The translations under genes were made by a program, and so were the position numbers. The notes beneath the pieces are model-generated. The model saw nothing but the letters and a program-made list of their open reading frames with translations. It searched no databases and had not been told where the DNA came from. From Pristiophorus japonicus (Eukaryota), in NCBI RefSeq assembly GCF_044704955.1, contig NC_091986.1, positions 38,316,001 to 38,380,000 on the forward strand: a stretch of 64,000 nucleotides of DNA, given 5' to 3'. This document shows, in pieces, positions 23,898 through 37,913 of this stretch (the first letter of the stretch is position 1; each line of letters starts with the position of its first letter).

Positions 23898-24614
23898 TTC
23901 TTCTCCTTCTTCGAAGAAACCATCAGGGTAGATTTAGAAGGAGAATATTCTACATGACAAATCTGCTCATCATCTTTGAGAACATTCCAGAAAAAGAGCA
24001 TCGTGGAATTCTGGTGACAATATTTATTTGTACTTTCAGAGAGCCTTTGAAAAGGTCCACCATGACAGTTTTACTCATAAAACTAATAAGCATAAGGACA
24101 AGGGGTTGAAAATGGGACAAGTTAATAAAATGGATAAAAAATAGTGCACCAGGATAGGACTTCAACTTAATTCTTGTGAAAGAGATAGTGTCGGATTGGG
24201 AAGAGATGTTGAGTGCAGAACTATAAGTGGGATTGGACTCTATTGTACACTATTTACACAAATTTACTTGAATACAGATACCAAGCTTATTCAATTTGCA
24301 GACAGAGGAAGAGCAAGATGGATGTTGCAGTTAACACCCTACAAAAGGATTAAATCAATTACGCAATTCGGAGACAAATGGCAAAATAAATGTAATGCTG
24401 ACAAATGCAGTGTTTCATATTGGCTGAAAAAACTATGCGCCATTGGTGTGCAATGAGGGGAATAAAATTAACGCTGGAAGATTTACATCAAAGAGCAACT
24501 GTGGATTCATCACTATCAATAGTGAGAGTCTGGAGAAACAATTTGGGATACATAGCTAGAGCAATCGATTCTAAATATACAGAGGTTGTGGTGACGATCT
24601 ATATGGCACTGCTC

Positions 24615-24930
24615 AACAACAATAACAACTTGCATTTATATATCGTCTTTAACATAGGAAAACGTCCCAAGCCGCTTCACATAATCCCAAGCGATTATAA
24701 AATAAGACTTGACACCAAGCCACATAAGGAGATATTAGGACAGGTGAATAAAAGCTTGGTCAAAGAGGAGTGTCATAAAGAAGGAGAGATAGGTAGAGAG
24801 GAGGAGAGGTTTCGGGAAGGAATTCCAGAGCTTAGGGCACAGGCAGCTGAAGGCACGGCCGCCAATTGTGGAGCTAAAGAAATGGGGGATGCACAAGAGG
24901 CCAGAATTGGAGAAGCGCAGACATCGCGTA
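24615..24930 (-). mobile_element. L2-type LINE 3' end
   Basis: Minus strand TIGGRAFSCLCPKLWNSFP; tail caacaacaataacaacttgcatttatat. Confidence 0.75.
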
Positions 24931-25257
24931 GGGATCCAATCTTTGGTCAAATCATACTGTGTATAATTTAGGAAATCATTAAAAGAGACATACTCACATT
25001 GGAAGGATGCAGATAAAAACAACATGAATGATCTTTGGAAGAGATCTTCTCTCTGCTCCATGCAAAAAAAATATAATCTCATTTAGAAAGAATGCATTTT
25101 AATTTTCCAATAAACAGAACACAGAGAAAATGTTCCTCGAACCAAGTAAAAATGTTCGGAACTCTGGGCCAAGCTTAGAGAAGCTTAAACTCTACAGTAT
25201 AGATTGAAGGTTCAATGGGACCTCATTAAGGTATGTGAAGTAGTAAATGATGTAAAT

Positions 25258-28200
25258 CGTGTTATGCTCCTCCTGTACCATGTGGGAAGTCAGGGACGCT
25301 TCCGGTGTCCCTGACGACTACGTGTGCGGGAAGTGTATCTGCCTCCAGTTCCTGACGGACCGCATTGTGGAACTGGAGCTGCAGGTGGATTCACTCCGGA
25401 GCATGCACGATGCTGAGAATGATGTGAATAGCACATTTAGTGAGTTGGTCTTACCGCAGGTAAAGGGTTCACAGCCAGATCGGGAATGGAAGACCAACAA
25501 GAAGAGCAGTGCAAGTAAGGTAGTGCAGGGATCCCCTGCGGTCATCCCCCTGCAAAACAGATACATCGCTTTGTGTACTGTTGAAGGGGATGACTCATCA
25601 GGGGAGAGCAGCAGCAGCCAAGCTCATGGCACCGTGGCTGGCTCTGCTGCACAGGAGGGCAGGAAAAAGAGTGGAAGAGCGATAATGATAGGGAATTCAA
25701 TTGTAAGGGGAATAGGTAGGCGTTTCTGCGGCTGCAACCGAGGCTCCAGGATTGTATGTTGCCTCCCTGGTGCAAGGGTCAAGGATGTCTCGGAGCGGGT
25801 GCCGGACATTCTGAAAAGGGAGTGTGAACAGCCAGTTGTTGTGGTGCATATAGGTACCAACAATATCGGTAAAAAACGGGATGAGGTCCTACGAGACGAA
25901 TTTCGGGAGCTAGGAGTTAAATTAAAAAGTAGGACCTCAAAAGTAGTAACCTCAGGATTGCTACCAGTGCGACATGCTAGTCAGAGTAGGAATCGCAGGA
26001 TAGCTCAGATGAATACGTGGCTTGAGCAGTGGTGCAGAAGTGAGGGATTCGAATTCCTGGGGCATTGGAACTAGTTCTGGGGGCGGTGGAACGATTACAA
26101 ACCGGACGGTCTGCACCTGGGCAGGACCGGAACCAATGTCCGAGGGGGAGTGTTTGCTAGTGCTGCAGGGGAGGAGTTAAACTAATATGGCAGGGAGATA
26201 GAGGGAAATACAATGGAGTCAGAAGCAAAAGATAGAAAGGAGAATAGTAAAAGTGGAGGGCAGAGAAACCCAAGGCAAAAAACAAAAAGGGCCACATTAC
26301 AGCAAATTTCTAAAGGAGCAAAGTGTGTTAAAAAGACAAGCCTGAAGGCTCTGTGAGGAGTATTCGGAATAAGGTGGATGAATAATGTGGCACAGATAGC
26401 AGTTAACGGGTATGATGCAAATGGCATCATGGAGACATGGCTCCAGGGTGACCAAGGTATGGGAACTCAACATCCAAAGTATTCAGCATTTAGGAAGGAT
26501 AGACAGAAAGGAAAAAGAGGCAGGGTGGCATTGCTGGTTAAAGAGGAAATTAATGCAATTGTAAGGAAGGACATTAGCCTGGATGATTTGGAATCGGTAT
26601 GGGTGGAGCTGCGGAAATCCAAAGGGCAGAAAACGCTAGTGGGAGTTGTGTTCAGACCACCAAACAGTAATAGTGAGGTTGGGGACAGCATCAAACAAGA
26701 AATAAGGGATGTGTGCAATAAAGGTACAGCAGTTATCATGGGTGACTTTAATCTACATATTGTTTGGGCTAACCAAATTGGTAGTAATGCGGTGGAGGAA
26801 GATTTCCTAGAGTGTATTAGGGATGGTTTTATGGATCAATATGTCGAGGAACCAACTAGAGAGCTGGCCATCCTAGACTGGGTGATGTGTAATGAGAAGA
26901 GAGTAATTAGCAATCTTGTTGTGCGAGGCCCCTTGGGGAAGAGTGACCATAATATGGTAGAATTCTTTATTAAGATGGAAAGTGACACAGTTAATTCGGA
27001 AACTAGGGTCCTGAACTGAAGGAAAGGTAACTTTGACGGTTTGAGGCGTGAATTGGCTAGAATAGACTGGCAAAGGATACTTAAAGGTTTGACAGTGGAT
27101 AAGCAATGGCAAACATTTAAAGATCACATGGATGAACTTCAGCAATTGTATATCCCTGTCTGGAGTAAAAATAAAATGGGGAAGGTGGCTCAACCATGGC
27201 TAACAAGGGAAATTAAGGAGAGTGTTAAAGCCAAGGAAGAGGCATATAATTTGGCTAGAAAAAGCAACAAACCTGAAGACTGGGAGAAATTTAGAAATCA
27301 ACAGAGGAAGACTAAGGGTTTAATTAAGAGGGGGGAAATAGAGTACAAGAGGAAGCTTGCAGGGAACATAAAAACTGATTGCAAAAGCTTCTATAAATAT
27401 GTGAAGAGAAAAAGATTAGTGAAGACAAACGTAAGTCCCTTGCAGTCGGATTCGGGTGAATTTATAATGGGGAACAAGGAAATGGCAGACCAATTGAACA
27501 AAGACTTCAGTTCTGTCTTCACGAAGGAAGACACAAATAACCTTCCGATTGTACTAGGGGACATTAGGTCTAGTGAGAAGGAGGAACTGAAAGATATCCT
27601 TATTAGGCAGGAAATTGCGTTACGGAAACTGATGGGGATTGAAGGCCGATAAATCCCCGGGGCCTGACAGTCTGCATCGCAGAGTACTTAAGGAAGTGGC
27701 CCTAGAAATAGTGAATGCATTGGTGATCATTTTCCAGCAGTCTATCGACTCTGGATCAGTTCCTATGGGCTGGAGGGTAGCTAATGTAACACCACTTTTT
27801 GAAAAGGAGGGAGAGAGAAAACGGGTAATTATAGACCGGTTAGCCTGGCATCAGTAGTGGGGAAAAAGTTGGAATGAATCATTAAGGATGAAATAGCAGC
27901 GCATTTGGAAAGCAGTGACAGGATCGGACCAAGTTAGCATGGATTTATGAAAGGGAAATCATGCTTGACGAATCTTCTGGAATTTTTTGAGGATGTAACT
28001 AGCAGAATGGACAAGGGAGAACCAGTGGATGTGGTGTATTTGGACTTTCAAAAGGCTTTTGACAATATCCCACACAAGAGATTGGTGTGCAAAATCAAAG
28101 TGCATGATATTGGGGGTTATGTATTGACATGGATAGAGAACTGGTTGGCAGACAGGAAGCAGAGAGTCGGGATAAACGGGCCCTTTTCAGAATGGCAGGC

Positions 28201-29241
28201 AGTGACTAGTGGAGTGCCGCAGGGCTCTGTGCTGGGACCCCAGCTCTTTACAATATACATTAATGACTTAAATGAAGGAATTGAGTGTAATATCTCCAAG
28301 TTTGCGGATGACACTTAACTGGGTGGTGGTGTGAGCTGTGAGGAGGACGCGAAGAGGCTGCAGGGTGACTTGGACAGGTTAGATGAGTGGGCAAATGCAA
28401 GGCAGATGCAGTATAATATGGATAAATGTGAGGTTATCCATTTTGGGGGCAAAAACACGAAGGCAGAATATTATCTGGATAGCGGCAGATTAGGAAAAGG
28501 GGAGGTGCAATGAGACCTGGGTGTCATGGTTCATCGGTCACTGAAAGTCGGCATGCAGGTACAGCAGGCAGTGAAGAAGGCAAATGGTATGTTGGCCTTC
28601 ATAGCTAAGGGAATTGAGTATAGTAGCAGGGAGGTCTTACTACAGTTGTGCAGGGCCTAGTGAGGCCTCACCTGGAATATTGTGTTGAGTTTTGGTCTCC
28701 TAATCTGAGGAAGGACGTTCTTGCTATTGAGGGAGTGCAGCGAAGGTTCACCAGACTGATTCCAGGCATGGCTGGATTGTCATATGAGGAGAGACTGAAT
28801 ATACTGGGCCTTTATTCACTGGAGTTTAGAAGGATGAGCGGGGATCTCATAGAAACGTATAAGATTCTGACGGGACTGGACAGGTTAGATGTGGGAAGAA
28901 TATTCCCGATTTTGGGGAAGTCCGGAACCAGGGGACATAGTCTTAGGTAATGGATAGGCCATTTAGGACTGAGATGAGGAGAATCTTCTTCACTCAGAGA
29001 GTTGTTAACCTATGGAATTCCCTGCCGCAGAGATTTGTTGATGCCAGTTCATTGGATATATTCAAAAGGGAGTTAGTTATAGCCCTAACGGCTAAAGGGA
29101 TCAAGGGGTATAGAGAGAAAGCAGGAAAGGGGTACTGAGGGAATGATCAGCCATGATGTTATTGAATGGCGGTGCAGGCTCAAAGGGCCGAATGGCCTTC
29201 TCCTGCACTTATTTTCTATGTTTGTAAATTTCTATGTTTCT
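25258..29241 (+). mobile_element. Near-full-length CR1 LINE (truncated at the start of ORF1), decayed
   Basis: ORF1 25259-26074 (CSSC..CGKC, esterase, PDGLHL). ORF2 endonuclease (ETWL, GDFN, LDW, SDH) and RT (FADD) to 29138. (TTTCTATG) tail and possible TAAAT TSD. Confidence 0.95.
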
Positions 29242-29500
29242 AAATATGGTGAACATAGCAAAATACTTCAATGTCAGTCGAATAAGAAGACATCCAATTA
29301 AATTATTGATGGTTGGCAGCTGAAATTGGTGAAAAATAAATTAAGAAAAGATAATTGAAAAAAAATCTTTACTCAATAGTGATAAACATTTAGAATAATT
29401 TACAGAGTAAGACAACAGAGAGTCAAGGACATTATGAGCTTTTAAAATGTAAGTGGATGCAAGTTAGGGTTTTAAAGGGATGAGCTCTAATAGACTGACT

Positions 29501-29735
29501 GACCTGGAATTTGCGGTCGGAGACGTACCTGCAGAGGGCAGCTCTGAAACGATAAATATATCCACTCTTACCTTCTGGCTCCCGGGCTCCAGAGTCTTCG
29601 GGTCCCGGGCCTCCAGGCAAGCATCAGCTGAAAAGCCCCCGGATCGCAGGGGCGCAGGCGGTTGAGCAGCGTTCCCGGGATCACATTTACAAACGGAATC
29701 CCTATTCGACTATTAGGAATCTCCAAATAATTAAA
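29501..29735 (+). mobile_element. Harbinger-like MITE family M1, left-end fragment
   Basis: gacctggaatttgcggtcggag matches the ends at 33094, 40502 and 37913 (reverse). Confidence 0.55.
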
Positions 29736-30179
29736 TCATGGACGCGACTGCTGCGAATGGAAATAGTTGCGCGTGTGCAGTTTCAGTGTTTTTTTGTTTG
29801 TTCTCGCTGGACTTCTCACAGAGTAGTGAGTGAGAAAAGCAAGGTGTGGGAATTTCAGATATTGTGAGGTCTGTGATGTGATTGAAGGTGATACTTGGAT
29901 GTTGTCAGGTTGGGAGAGTTTTACTGTACTCTCACGGAGTGTGTGTTTATCGCCATCAGGCCCCTCTATCTGTCGTGGTTTGAGCACACGGCCGATGAGC
30001 AGAATGCAGGAGCAGGGTGTTAGGAATTAATCATTTCGGAAAAGGATCATTGAGAAAGAGAGTAGAGACAGTGCGGCGAGATGGAGGGGCGAGCGCTAGA
30101 CACAGAGACTAGAAGCTCCTCCGTTTGTTGTGATAAATGTTACTTCTTCAAATTTTGGACCTGATATTTCTGCGCAGAA

Positions 30180-30640
30180 GGCTAGGAGCAGGAGTAGGCC
30201 ATATGGCCCGTCGAGCCTGCTCTGCCATTTAATAAGATCATGGATGATCTGATCATGGACTCAAGTCCACTTCTCTGCCCGCTCCCCATAACCCTTTGTT
30301 CCCTTATCGCTTAAAAATCTATCTATCTCCATCTTAAATATATTCAATGACCCAGCCTCCACAGCTCTCTGGGATAGAGAATTCCATAGATTTATAACCC
30401 TCAGTTTTAAATGGGCGGCCCCTTATTCTGAGACTATGTTCCCTAGTATTAGTTTCCCCTATGAGTGGAAATATCCTCTCTGCATCCACCTTGTCGAACC
30501 CCCTCATTATCTTATATATTTCGATAAGATCACATTCTTCTGAACTTCAATAAGTATAGGCCCAACCTACTCAACCTATTTGCTTCAGTCAACCCCCTCA
30601 TCTCTGGAATCAACCTAGTGAACCTTCTCTGAACATTCTC
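30180..30640 (-). mobile_element. CR1 3' fragment
   Basis: taggagcaggagtaggccat...cctgctctgccatttaataagatcatg UTR plus the end of ORF2. Confidence 0.85.
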
Positions 30641-30757
30641 TGAAATAGCCCAGCTCCGTGCTGGTAAGAGTGATTTTTAAGTTGGCGTGGATTATCGATC
30701 AAGACGTCTGTCTCTTCTCTTGCTGTCTCTTAATCCAATATTTTTCTCCCTCTCTTT

Positions 30758-31492
30758 GAGCTAGAAATTGCATAGCGCCCCATTTGGGGCGATACCTTTT
30801 CAGGGAGTGCAAAAGTATCGATGGGTGAAAAAGATTTGCTGCTGCCAGGAACTTCGGCTTTAGCGCTCCAAGAGGGAAGTGGAGCGCTAAATCAAGCCCT
30901 ATCACTTCCCTTAGAGCGCTAAAGTGAGTGAGAGGGGTACTATTGGCAGAATGTTGAGCAAAGTTTATGCAGTACTGCCGTATTTACAGTCTCCTTCTCT
31001 CGCTTAAAAGGAAGGGCCAATGATGGGTTCAATCATGCTGTCTTTGTGGTGCCACGGTACCTGCGCTACATGCATAGCAGCCCCAAGCACGCTAAGAGAA
31101 TGCAGGGCTGAGCAATCCCGGGTGCAAAATAAATCAGGAGGTACCACAATGGGGAGATAAATAAATTTTTTCCTATGTGACCACCACTGCCTTTAAGCGG
31201 CCAGCTGAGGTGACAAAGCCTCCTGCAGCTGCCGTTGTTAACGCCCGGCGATGCTGTAGGGGACGGGAGCGAATATTACATCTGGGGCAAAAACGGGGCA
31301 CTGCACACCAGACGACGTCATGATCTATGGGGTGTAAGAGAGCGAGGCGGTAAGTGTTAGCGCCAGTGCAACACGGCCAGGGAAATTCGCGTGTGGCGAT
31401 GATTTCACCGTACCCGGTCAGTAACGGCTTAGCGCCCCGTTAATGCCCCCACAGGCACTAACGGGAGGCACAAACCAGGAAAATTTCTCCCC
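30758..31492 (+). mobile_element. Harbinger-like MITE family M2
   Basis: TIR gagctagaaatt...aatttctcccc; reverse-complement paralogue at 55741-56479. Confidence 0.7.
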
Positions 31493-31739
31493 CGATATTT
31501 TTCTTTCTGTACCTGATTTGACTCTAATTTATCCTCCTTCGCCATTGTGCCTCAGTTTCTTTCACTATCCTTAAATCTCATTGGTTAAGGAGATAGACTG
31601 TTGATCCCACCATACACTGAGCACCCAGATGCCACGTTGCCCTCGATGCGCAGTTATCAGTTCATACTTCCAGTGATTTTGTGGTCAAAAAGGTTTTCAG
31701 CTGAAGGGTACAGGAACAAGTCTAACTAACAGGGCACAC

Positions 31740-32385
31740 CATGATTAGAAAAGCAAATGGAATGTTGACCTTTATTGCAAGGGAGATGGTGTATAAAAGT
31801 AGGGAAGTTATTGTTAGAACTGTACAGGGCATGAGTGAGACCATAGCTGGAATACAGTTTTGGTCTGCTTATTTAAGGAGGGATATACTTGCATTGGAGG
31901 CATCAGAGAAGGTTCACTAGGTTGATTCTTGGGATGAAGAGGTTGTCTTATGAGGAAAGTTTAAGCAGGTTGGGCCTATACTCATTGGGGTTTAGAAGAA
32001 TGAGAGGTGATCTTATTGAAACATATAAGATTCTGAGGGGGCTTGACAGGGTAGATGCTGAGAGATAGTTTCCCCTCGTGTGGGAATCTCAAACTAGGGG
32101 GCACAGTTTCAGAATAAGGGGTTACCCATTTAAGATGGAGATGAGGAGGAATTTTTTCTCTCAGAGGGTCGTGAATCTTTGGAATTCTCTGCCCCAGAGA
32201 GCTATGGAGGATGAGTCATTGAATATATTCAAGGCGGAGATAGACAGATTATTGAACTACAGGGGAGTCAAGGGTTATGGGAAAGTGGAGTTGAGGCCAA
32301 GATCAGATCAACATGAGCTTATTGAATGGCAGAGCAGGCTCGAGGGACTGTATGGCCTACTCCGACTCATATTGCTTGTGTTCTT
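31740..32385 (+). mobile_element. CR1 3' fragment
   Basis: IRKANGMLTFIAR through MRRNFFSQRVVNLWNSLP, plus 3' UTR. Confidence 0.88.
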
Positions 32386-33093
32386 CTGTGAGGTGCAAAA
32401 TCTGAGCCAATAACGTGGTGCTTCATATCAGAATGCAGTTATAGATAACATATTTACAGAATAATGAGTCACATGGTTTACCAGTGTCAACCCAGTTTTC
32501 TCAGTTGACCCACAGAGATATTTCCTTATTTATCCATGTTTGAAGTAAAGTACAGCACATTTGGTATTGACACTTGGTGATAACTGACTCTACAGAGTTC
32601 CAAGCAGTTAGTGTGGCAGCTAATCGGGCGATACATCAGTCGGATTTTACTCACTGTGTAGATCTCATTCTAATGTCCATAGATTTTAGGTTCAAACCCA
32701 AAGGGAAGATCAGTCACAAACATTAATCAAGGTAGGTAATGTCAACAATGCTTTATTACTTTTGCCACTTGTTCGATAAACAGTTAACAATAATACAACT
32801 TTAAAAGGAGAGTCAGTATAAAACCCAAAATGAGGAGAGTGCTTCTGATGTCTTCTTTCTTCTTGGATGATGGATTCCTTCCCCACCGATGGCAGCCTTT
32901 TCTTCTTTTAGAGGGTTAAACAGTCCTTCTTTGTACCTTGGCTGCTGGCAAACAAAACTTCTCAGTAACTTTCCATCCTCTCTCTCTCTCTCTCTAATGC
33001 TAAAGCAGTTCTTGAAAGCTTCCGCAACCTCTCAGGGTGTAGCTGGGCAGCTGACTTCTTTAACCTCATCCCTTACCTCCGTGAAAATACAAT

Positions 33094-33809
33094 GGCCTGG
33101 AAATTGTGGTCGGAGGAATACCTCCGGAGTATGCCTCTGACCCGCAAAAGATTTACGAAATTATCTGCTGGCACCCAGGCTGCGAAGAGCTGCGGCCCCA
33201 GGCCTCGAGGTGGAGGGCAGTGTAAATGCCCACCAATACCATGGAAGCATCTCTGGGATCATGTGGGCCCGGTCCTCCTATGACAAAAGAGAATCCCGTT
33301 GCAATCTTTTACGAATAGAATCACCTAATGATATGCAATAGAACCCCCAAATAATCATACAATGCACAAACTTCTACTAATTTTAGAATGTACAGAATTA
33401 CAATTTTATTCATAAGTTCCTTCATTGCACCAACCTCAATAAATATGTAATTCTTTGATAAATAATTTTAAACATCCTAATCTGGGCTAATATTTGTATA
33501 AACTCATTTCAAGTTGGATTTTTAAATGTTTTATTTAAGCCTGATACATACCCTTACACTGATGCAAGCAGGCCCTATGCCTGCTTTTACCAGCCAAAAG
33601 AGTAGCATGGGCAATTCCTGGGCAGTTGTTTGGTAAATGGCCCAACTCTGCACCAGCAATACTCAATTTCCAGGTGGTTTGGATGATCTGTCAAAGACAT
33701 ACCTTGACAGATCTCAAGTTGCGGATTTTGCGCGAACGGAAATCCGGACATTGCGGGGCCTTTCAAAGGGAATACGATGACGTACTTGCAGACACCGCAA
33801 TTTTAGGCC
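33094..33809 (+). mobile_element. Harbinger-like MITE family M1
   Basis: TIR ggcctggaaattgtgg ... ccgcaattttaggcc; internal palindrome gatctgtcaa..ttgacagatc. Confidence 0.7.
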
Positions 33810-33953
33810 TGTGGCCTCAGTTGGCCTTCTGAGTAGTTAGGTTAACAATTCTGTCTTCTATCCTTTGTTGATAATACTATGAATCACATTCTGTTTTTTG
33901 AGTAATCAGGTTTTCTTTTTAGTTTCCTCTAAACTGGTATTTAGAAAGTCCAT

Positions 33954-34294
33954 GGGGGAAAAAGTCGGTTCGTTTGAACCTCACGTTAGAACCCAGGCGC
34001 TGTGCAGTTACCGACACCTGCAAAGTTCTGTGGGGGTTTAGCGGGAGCGCTAACTGGTAGCGCACCGGGCCGCTCCACCGGCGGTGATGATGTAATTACT
34101 GTGTGCAGCAACCTGCTTTCACCCCGCATAGTGCTGGAAACTTTGCATGCCTGACAGGAATTGCAGGGCAAGATTTTGCACTCCACTTCCTCTCGGGGCA
34201 GATAAGCCCAATATAGCTCGTGGGGCGGGACTTCTCCACCTGGCGCAGGAACACCCGTTTCGCGGCTAAGGGGGCGGTACCGAATTTTCGGCCG
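33954..34294. mobile_element. Harbinger-like MITE
   Basis: TIR gggggaaaaagtcgg ... ccgaattttcggccg, flanked by CAT/CAT. Confidence 0.6.
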
Positions 34295-34664
34295 CATATG
34301 CTCCTTCACATCAGAGGGAGAGCTATGATAAAATCTAACACAAGGTGATAGGCGAGATTTTCCAAGATCTCCTGCTCACTTGCCATGAGCGCATATCAGG
34401 AATCTGAGGGTGAATTTCTGATGTGTACTTACTGTGGATGTGGCATCTCACCACAAACAAGGACTCAGAAGGTATGTTGATAGGTCTGAATTCAGCTAGA
34501 TCCTCAAATTGAGTTAGGAAGCTATAAATAGTATTTGTCCAATTTTCTCCTACTGAAAATAGGCTTAATGTGCTTCCCTATACATTTAAAGTGTGATGTG
34601 ATAGGTACACAATTTTTAACTATATATTGATAGATATTTAAAATATACAGGTATGTATGACAGA

Positions 34665-34830
34665 AGGGTCGGTAACCAGAGGAATTGTATAAATACTTGA
34701 AAAGGAAAAAAAACGCAGTGTCGATCGGGAAAGAGCAGGAGAATGGAACTAATTGGATAGCTCTTTCAAAGAGCTGGAACAGGCACGATAGGCCAAATGG
34801 CCCTTCTTATGTGCAAGAAGTCTATGATTT
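34665..34830 (+). mobile_element. Short CR1 3' end
   Basis: gggaaagagcaggagaatggaactaattggatagctctttcaaagagc...gccaaatggcc..ctatgatt. Confidence 0.6.
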
Positions 34831-35713
34831 TACGACATTTACACTATTTAGTATACTAAAACCCATGAAGATGTACAGCTTGGAGAGTATTACTGCTTTG
34901 GCTGGTGATCATTATTATCTGCATTATATCTCAAGGGATTCGTGAAAATCCTCGGTGAGCTGGGGTCCATACCTCAACCAATATTTATGTACTAGAATGA
35001 TTTAAATAGTACTATATCGCATCAATTAACATTCTTAGGAGCAAAGCTCCCACTCCTTTCTTAATATTTATAACAGTCTGCTGTCCATAGTGATATGCAA
35101 CAGAATAATTAGTTAATCAGCATTGACATGACCTCACGAAAGTCCCTGATAAATAGCACCAGTACATCTATTTACATAATCCTACAACGTACAGGTGGCC
35201 AGAGCATTGATAACAACTGATATGCACGTCAGAAAGGGAATTGAATCATCTAGTACTTGTTTTCACCTTGTCTAGGATGATGTATAATACAAACAGAGCC
35301 TTGACCTTTCCCCGTCTCTGTGGAGAACGCTCTCAATTTGATACATAGCATTTGTAATATTCCCGTTTGATGAAGCAAATTAGGAAAATCACAAGTGCAC
35401 GGCTAAAACAAATATAGCATCTACTCATTATAAAGTGTTTTTTGGGAGCTATTCAAAAATAACATTTCATCAAGAGCCTGGTCACAGGTGAGGTTTCATA
35501 TGATTTCTCAATTAATGAGGGAGCTACATAAGTTGCTGTACATCAGTGGTTGCACGTTAGAGATTGTTGTTGTGAGCAGACCACTTCACAGGCAAAGGGA
35601 GAGAGATTTAGGCTTGCAGATTATTTTACACAAAATTGTAATTGGTCATACAATATGTTGTCAGTTGTTAAGTCATTAACATGGGGAGACAATTTCTTCT
35701 AAGTCTCGTATAT

Positions 35714-36397
35714 GAAAGAAAAAGAAAGAATTCTTGCATTTATAGAGTGCCTTTCAGGACCACCGGACTTCTTAATAAACACTTTACAGCCAATGAAGAT
35801 CTTTTTTTGGAGTGTAGTCACTGTTGTAATGTGGGAAACGTAGCAGACAATTTGCGCACAGCAAACTCCCACAAACAGCAATGTGATAATGGCCAGATAA
35901 TCTATTTTTGTGATGTTGATTGAGGGAGAATATTGGCCAGGATGCCGGGGATATCTCCCCTGCTCTTCTTCGAAATAGTAGCCATGGGATATTTTACATC
36001 CATCCGAGAGGGCAAACACTTTTTTGAAGTGTAGTCACTGTTGGAATGTAAGATTGTGGCAGCCAATTTGCGTACAGCAAGCTCCCATAAACAGCAAAGT
36101 GCTAATGACCAGGTAATATGTTTTTCTTTAGGTGCTGATTGAAGGATAAATATTGGCCAGGGGCACAGGAGAACTCCGCTGCTCTACTTCAATATTGTGC
36201 CATGGGATCTTTTACGTCCACCTAAGAGAGCTGACATCTGACATCTGATCTGAAAGACGGCACCTCTGACAATGCAGCGCATCCTCAGCACAGCACTGGA
36301 ATGCCAGCCAAGATTTTTGTGTTCAAATATCTGGAGTGGGACTTGAACCTACAACCTTCTGACTCAGAGGTGAGAGTGCTATCCACTGAGGCACAGC
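35714..36397 (-). mobile_element. Deu-type tRNA SINE with an internal duplication of about 210 bp
   Basis: Reverse complement of 21443-21908; the segment gtgtagtcactgttg...ttttac(a/g)tcc occurs twice. Confidence 0.8.
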
Positions 36398-37511
36398 TGT
36401 CACCTGAGCACAGCTGATCTACTGGCTGGATGAATTGTCAGAGTGAAATTGGTCTTTTGCAAAAACACAAAATGGGTGATATTCAGTCACACAAACACTT
36501 GCAGCTGACAGTTCACCACTCAGCCTTTTATATCATGAGATTAGGCTCAGTCTTGTGTGCAACACCTGAAAAAATCTGAAGGAAAAAGTCTGATTCCTCT
36601 CCTCCCTCCCCAGTACTATTTCAGGACCCGTATTAAGTATCTTTTATTTACAAACAGATCATGGAAACGAATGCTTACTGAAATATCTCCTGCGTACAAA
36701 AACCTAGTTATTTGTCAGATTCTCACCTCTAGAGAATTATACATTGAGGAATTCCTTTAATACATCGTGAATTGGCAGCCCGTTTTATACCACCTCCGAT
36801 TTTCCTTTTCATTCTAGTCAATGATACTATGGGCTGCCTGCTTCTTGCTTTTTCTTTTATCGAAGGCCAATTCTAGCCCTGCTGAGTCACATGAGGAATT
36901 CCAACTCATTTTAGTGTAGTTGCTATCTTTTTCCTTAAGGTTTCGGCACAATTTAAGACTTGCCAATTGTAGACTGTTCAATAAGATGAATCAAAACTCC
37001 TGCTGCCCAGTTACAGTTTGACTGACACAAATAATAGCAGGCTAAAACTGTACCTTGTTAGCTACAAACTCTCTCATTTGTCACAAAGGCTGCCGCCAGA
37101 ACTATTTACATAATGCACAGTGGCAAAGGATCTCAAATGTTTTTGATGGACTCTAGATTTAACTTTGAAGTGTAAATATTCCACAGTGACTCATATTTAA
37201 ATCAAAAGGCATGGCTTGTATCTGTTCTCTACTGGGCTGTTAATTGTACCACAGATGTTAGTCCTCTGCTTTTTGACTCAAAGCTTAAAGGTCTTCTACT
37301 TCAATTTTAATGAAATGCTTTATTTTCAGAATGGCTGAAATCATGGTGCAAAGCATTCATTTTAATTCAAGTCCTTCTTTTGTGAAATCAATATTCGAAC
37401 CCATTCCGTCCAGGTAGTAAGAGGTGTTTTCTGTTCCAATCGGCATCTCGCATGACAGGGAGCATATATTTGATGCAAGATGCATGCTCTGTTAAAGATA
37501 TAAATGACAAT

Positions 37512-37913
37512 GGGCCAGAAATCACGCTCCCACTGGCGTGTATGAGGTGCGCACGTGCCCGTGGGGTCCCCGCAAGTTCTGGGCTTAGGTACGCGGTGCA
37601 TGTGTCTAAACCCGGCACTTGCGATCTGTTAAAAATAATTTTTTTAGTTATTTTCAATGTTTCTGTGCTTTTGGGGATCCCCATTCATAATTATGTGAGC
37701 TGGAACTCTGATAGGTTGGGCCGTCCCACCTGATCCCACTGATGCGTACGAAACCCAAAAGCTCCTGGGATACGTGTGCCCCTATGAAGGCCTTCGCGTA
37801 GAGGACCTGGACCGCGAGTTTCTGAAACTTCACGACCACCAGGTACTTTCGTAGAAATGTTTGAGGTCGGAGGCATCCGCTCGCGTGAAACCTCCGACCA
37901 CAATTTCTGTGCC
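37512..37913 (-). mobile_element. Harbinger-like MITE family M1 (internally deleted)
   Basis: gggccagaaat ... cctccgaccacaatttctgtgcc with AAT/AAT 3-bp TSD. Confidence 0.7.

Larger units (their letters stand above)
23435..29500 (+). mobile_element. Ancient, highly diverged CR1 ORF2 remnant hosting three later insertions
   Basis: Collinear decayed motifs FKKGDSSDPGN (23436), MTNLLIIFE (23954), LIQFAD (24286), LEKLKLYS..GDLIKV (25174-25257), continuing at 29242-29500. Confidence 0.6.

Noticed and set aside
24405-24971. 188-aa ORF as a host gene
   Set aside because: It is a chimeric read-through of a decayed CR1 and an antisense L2 fragment.
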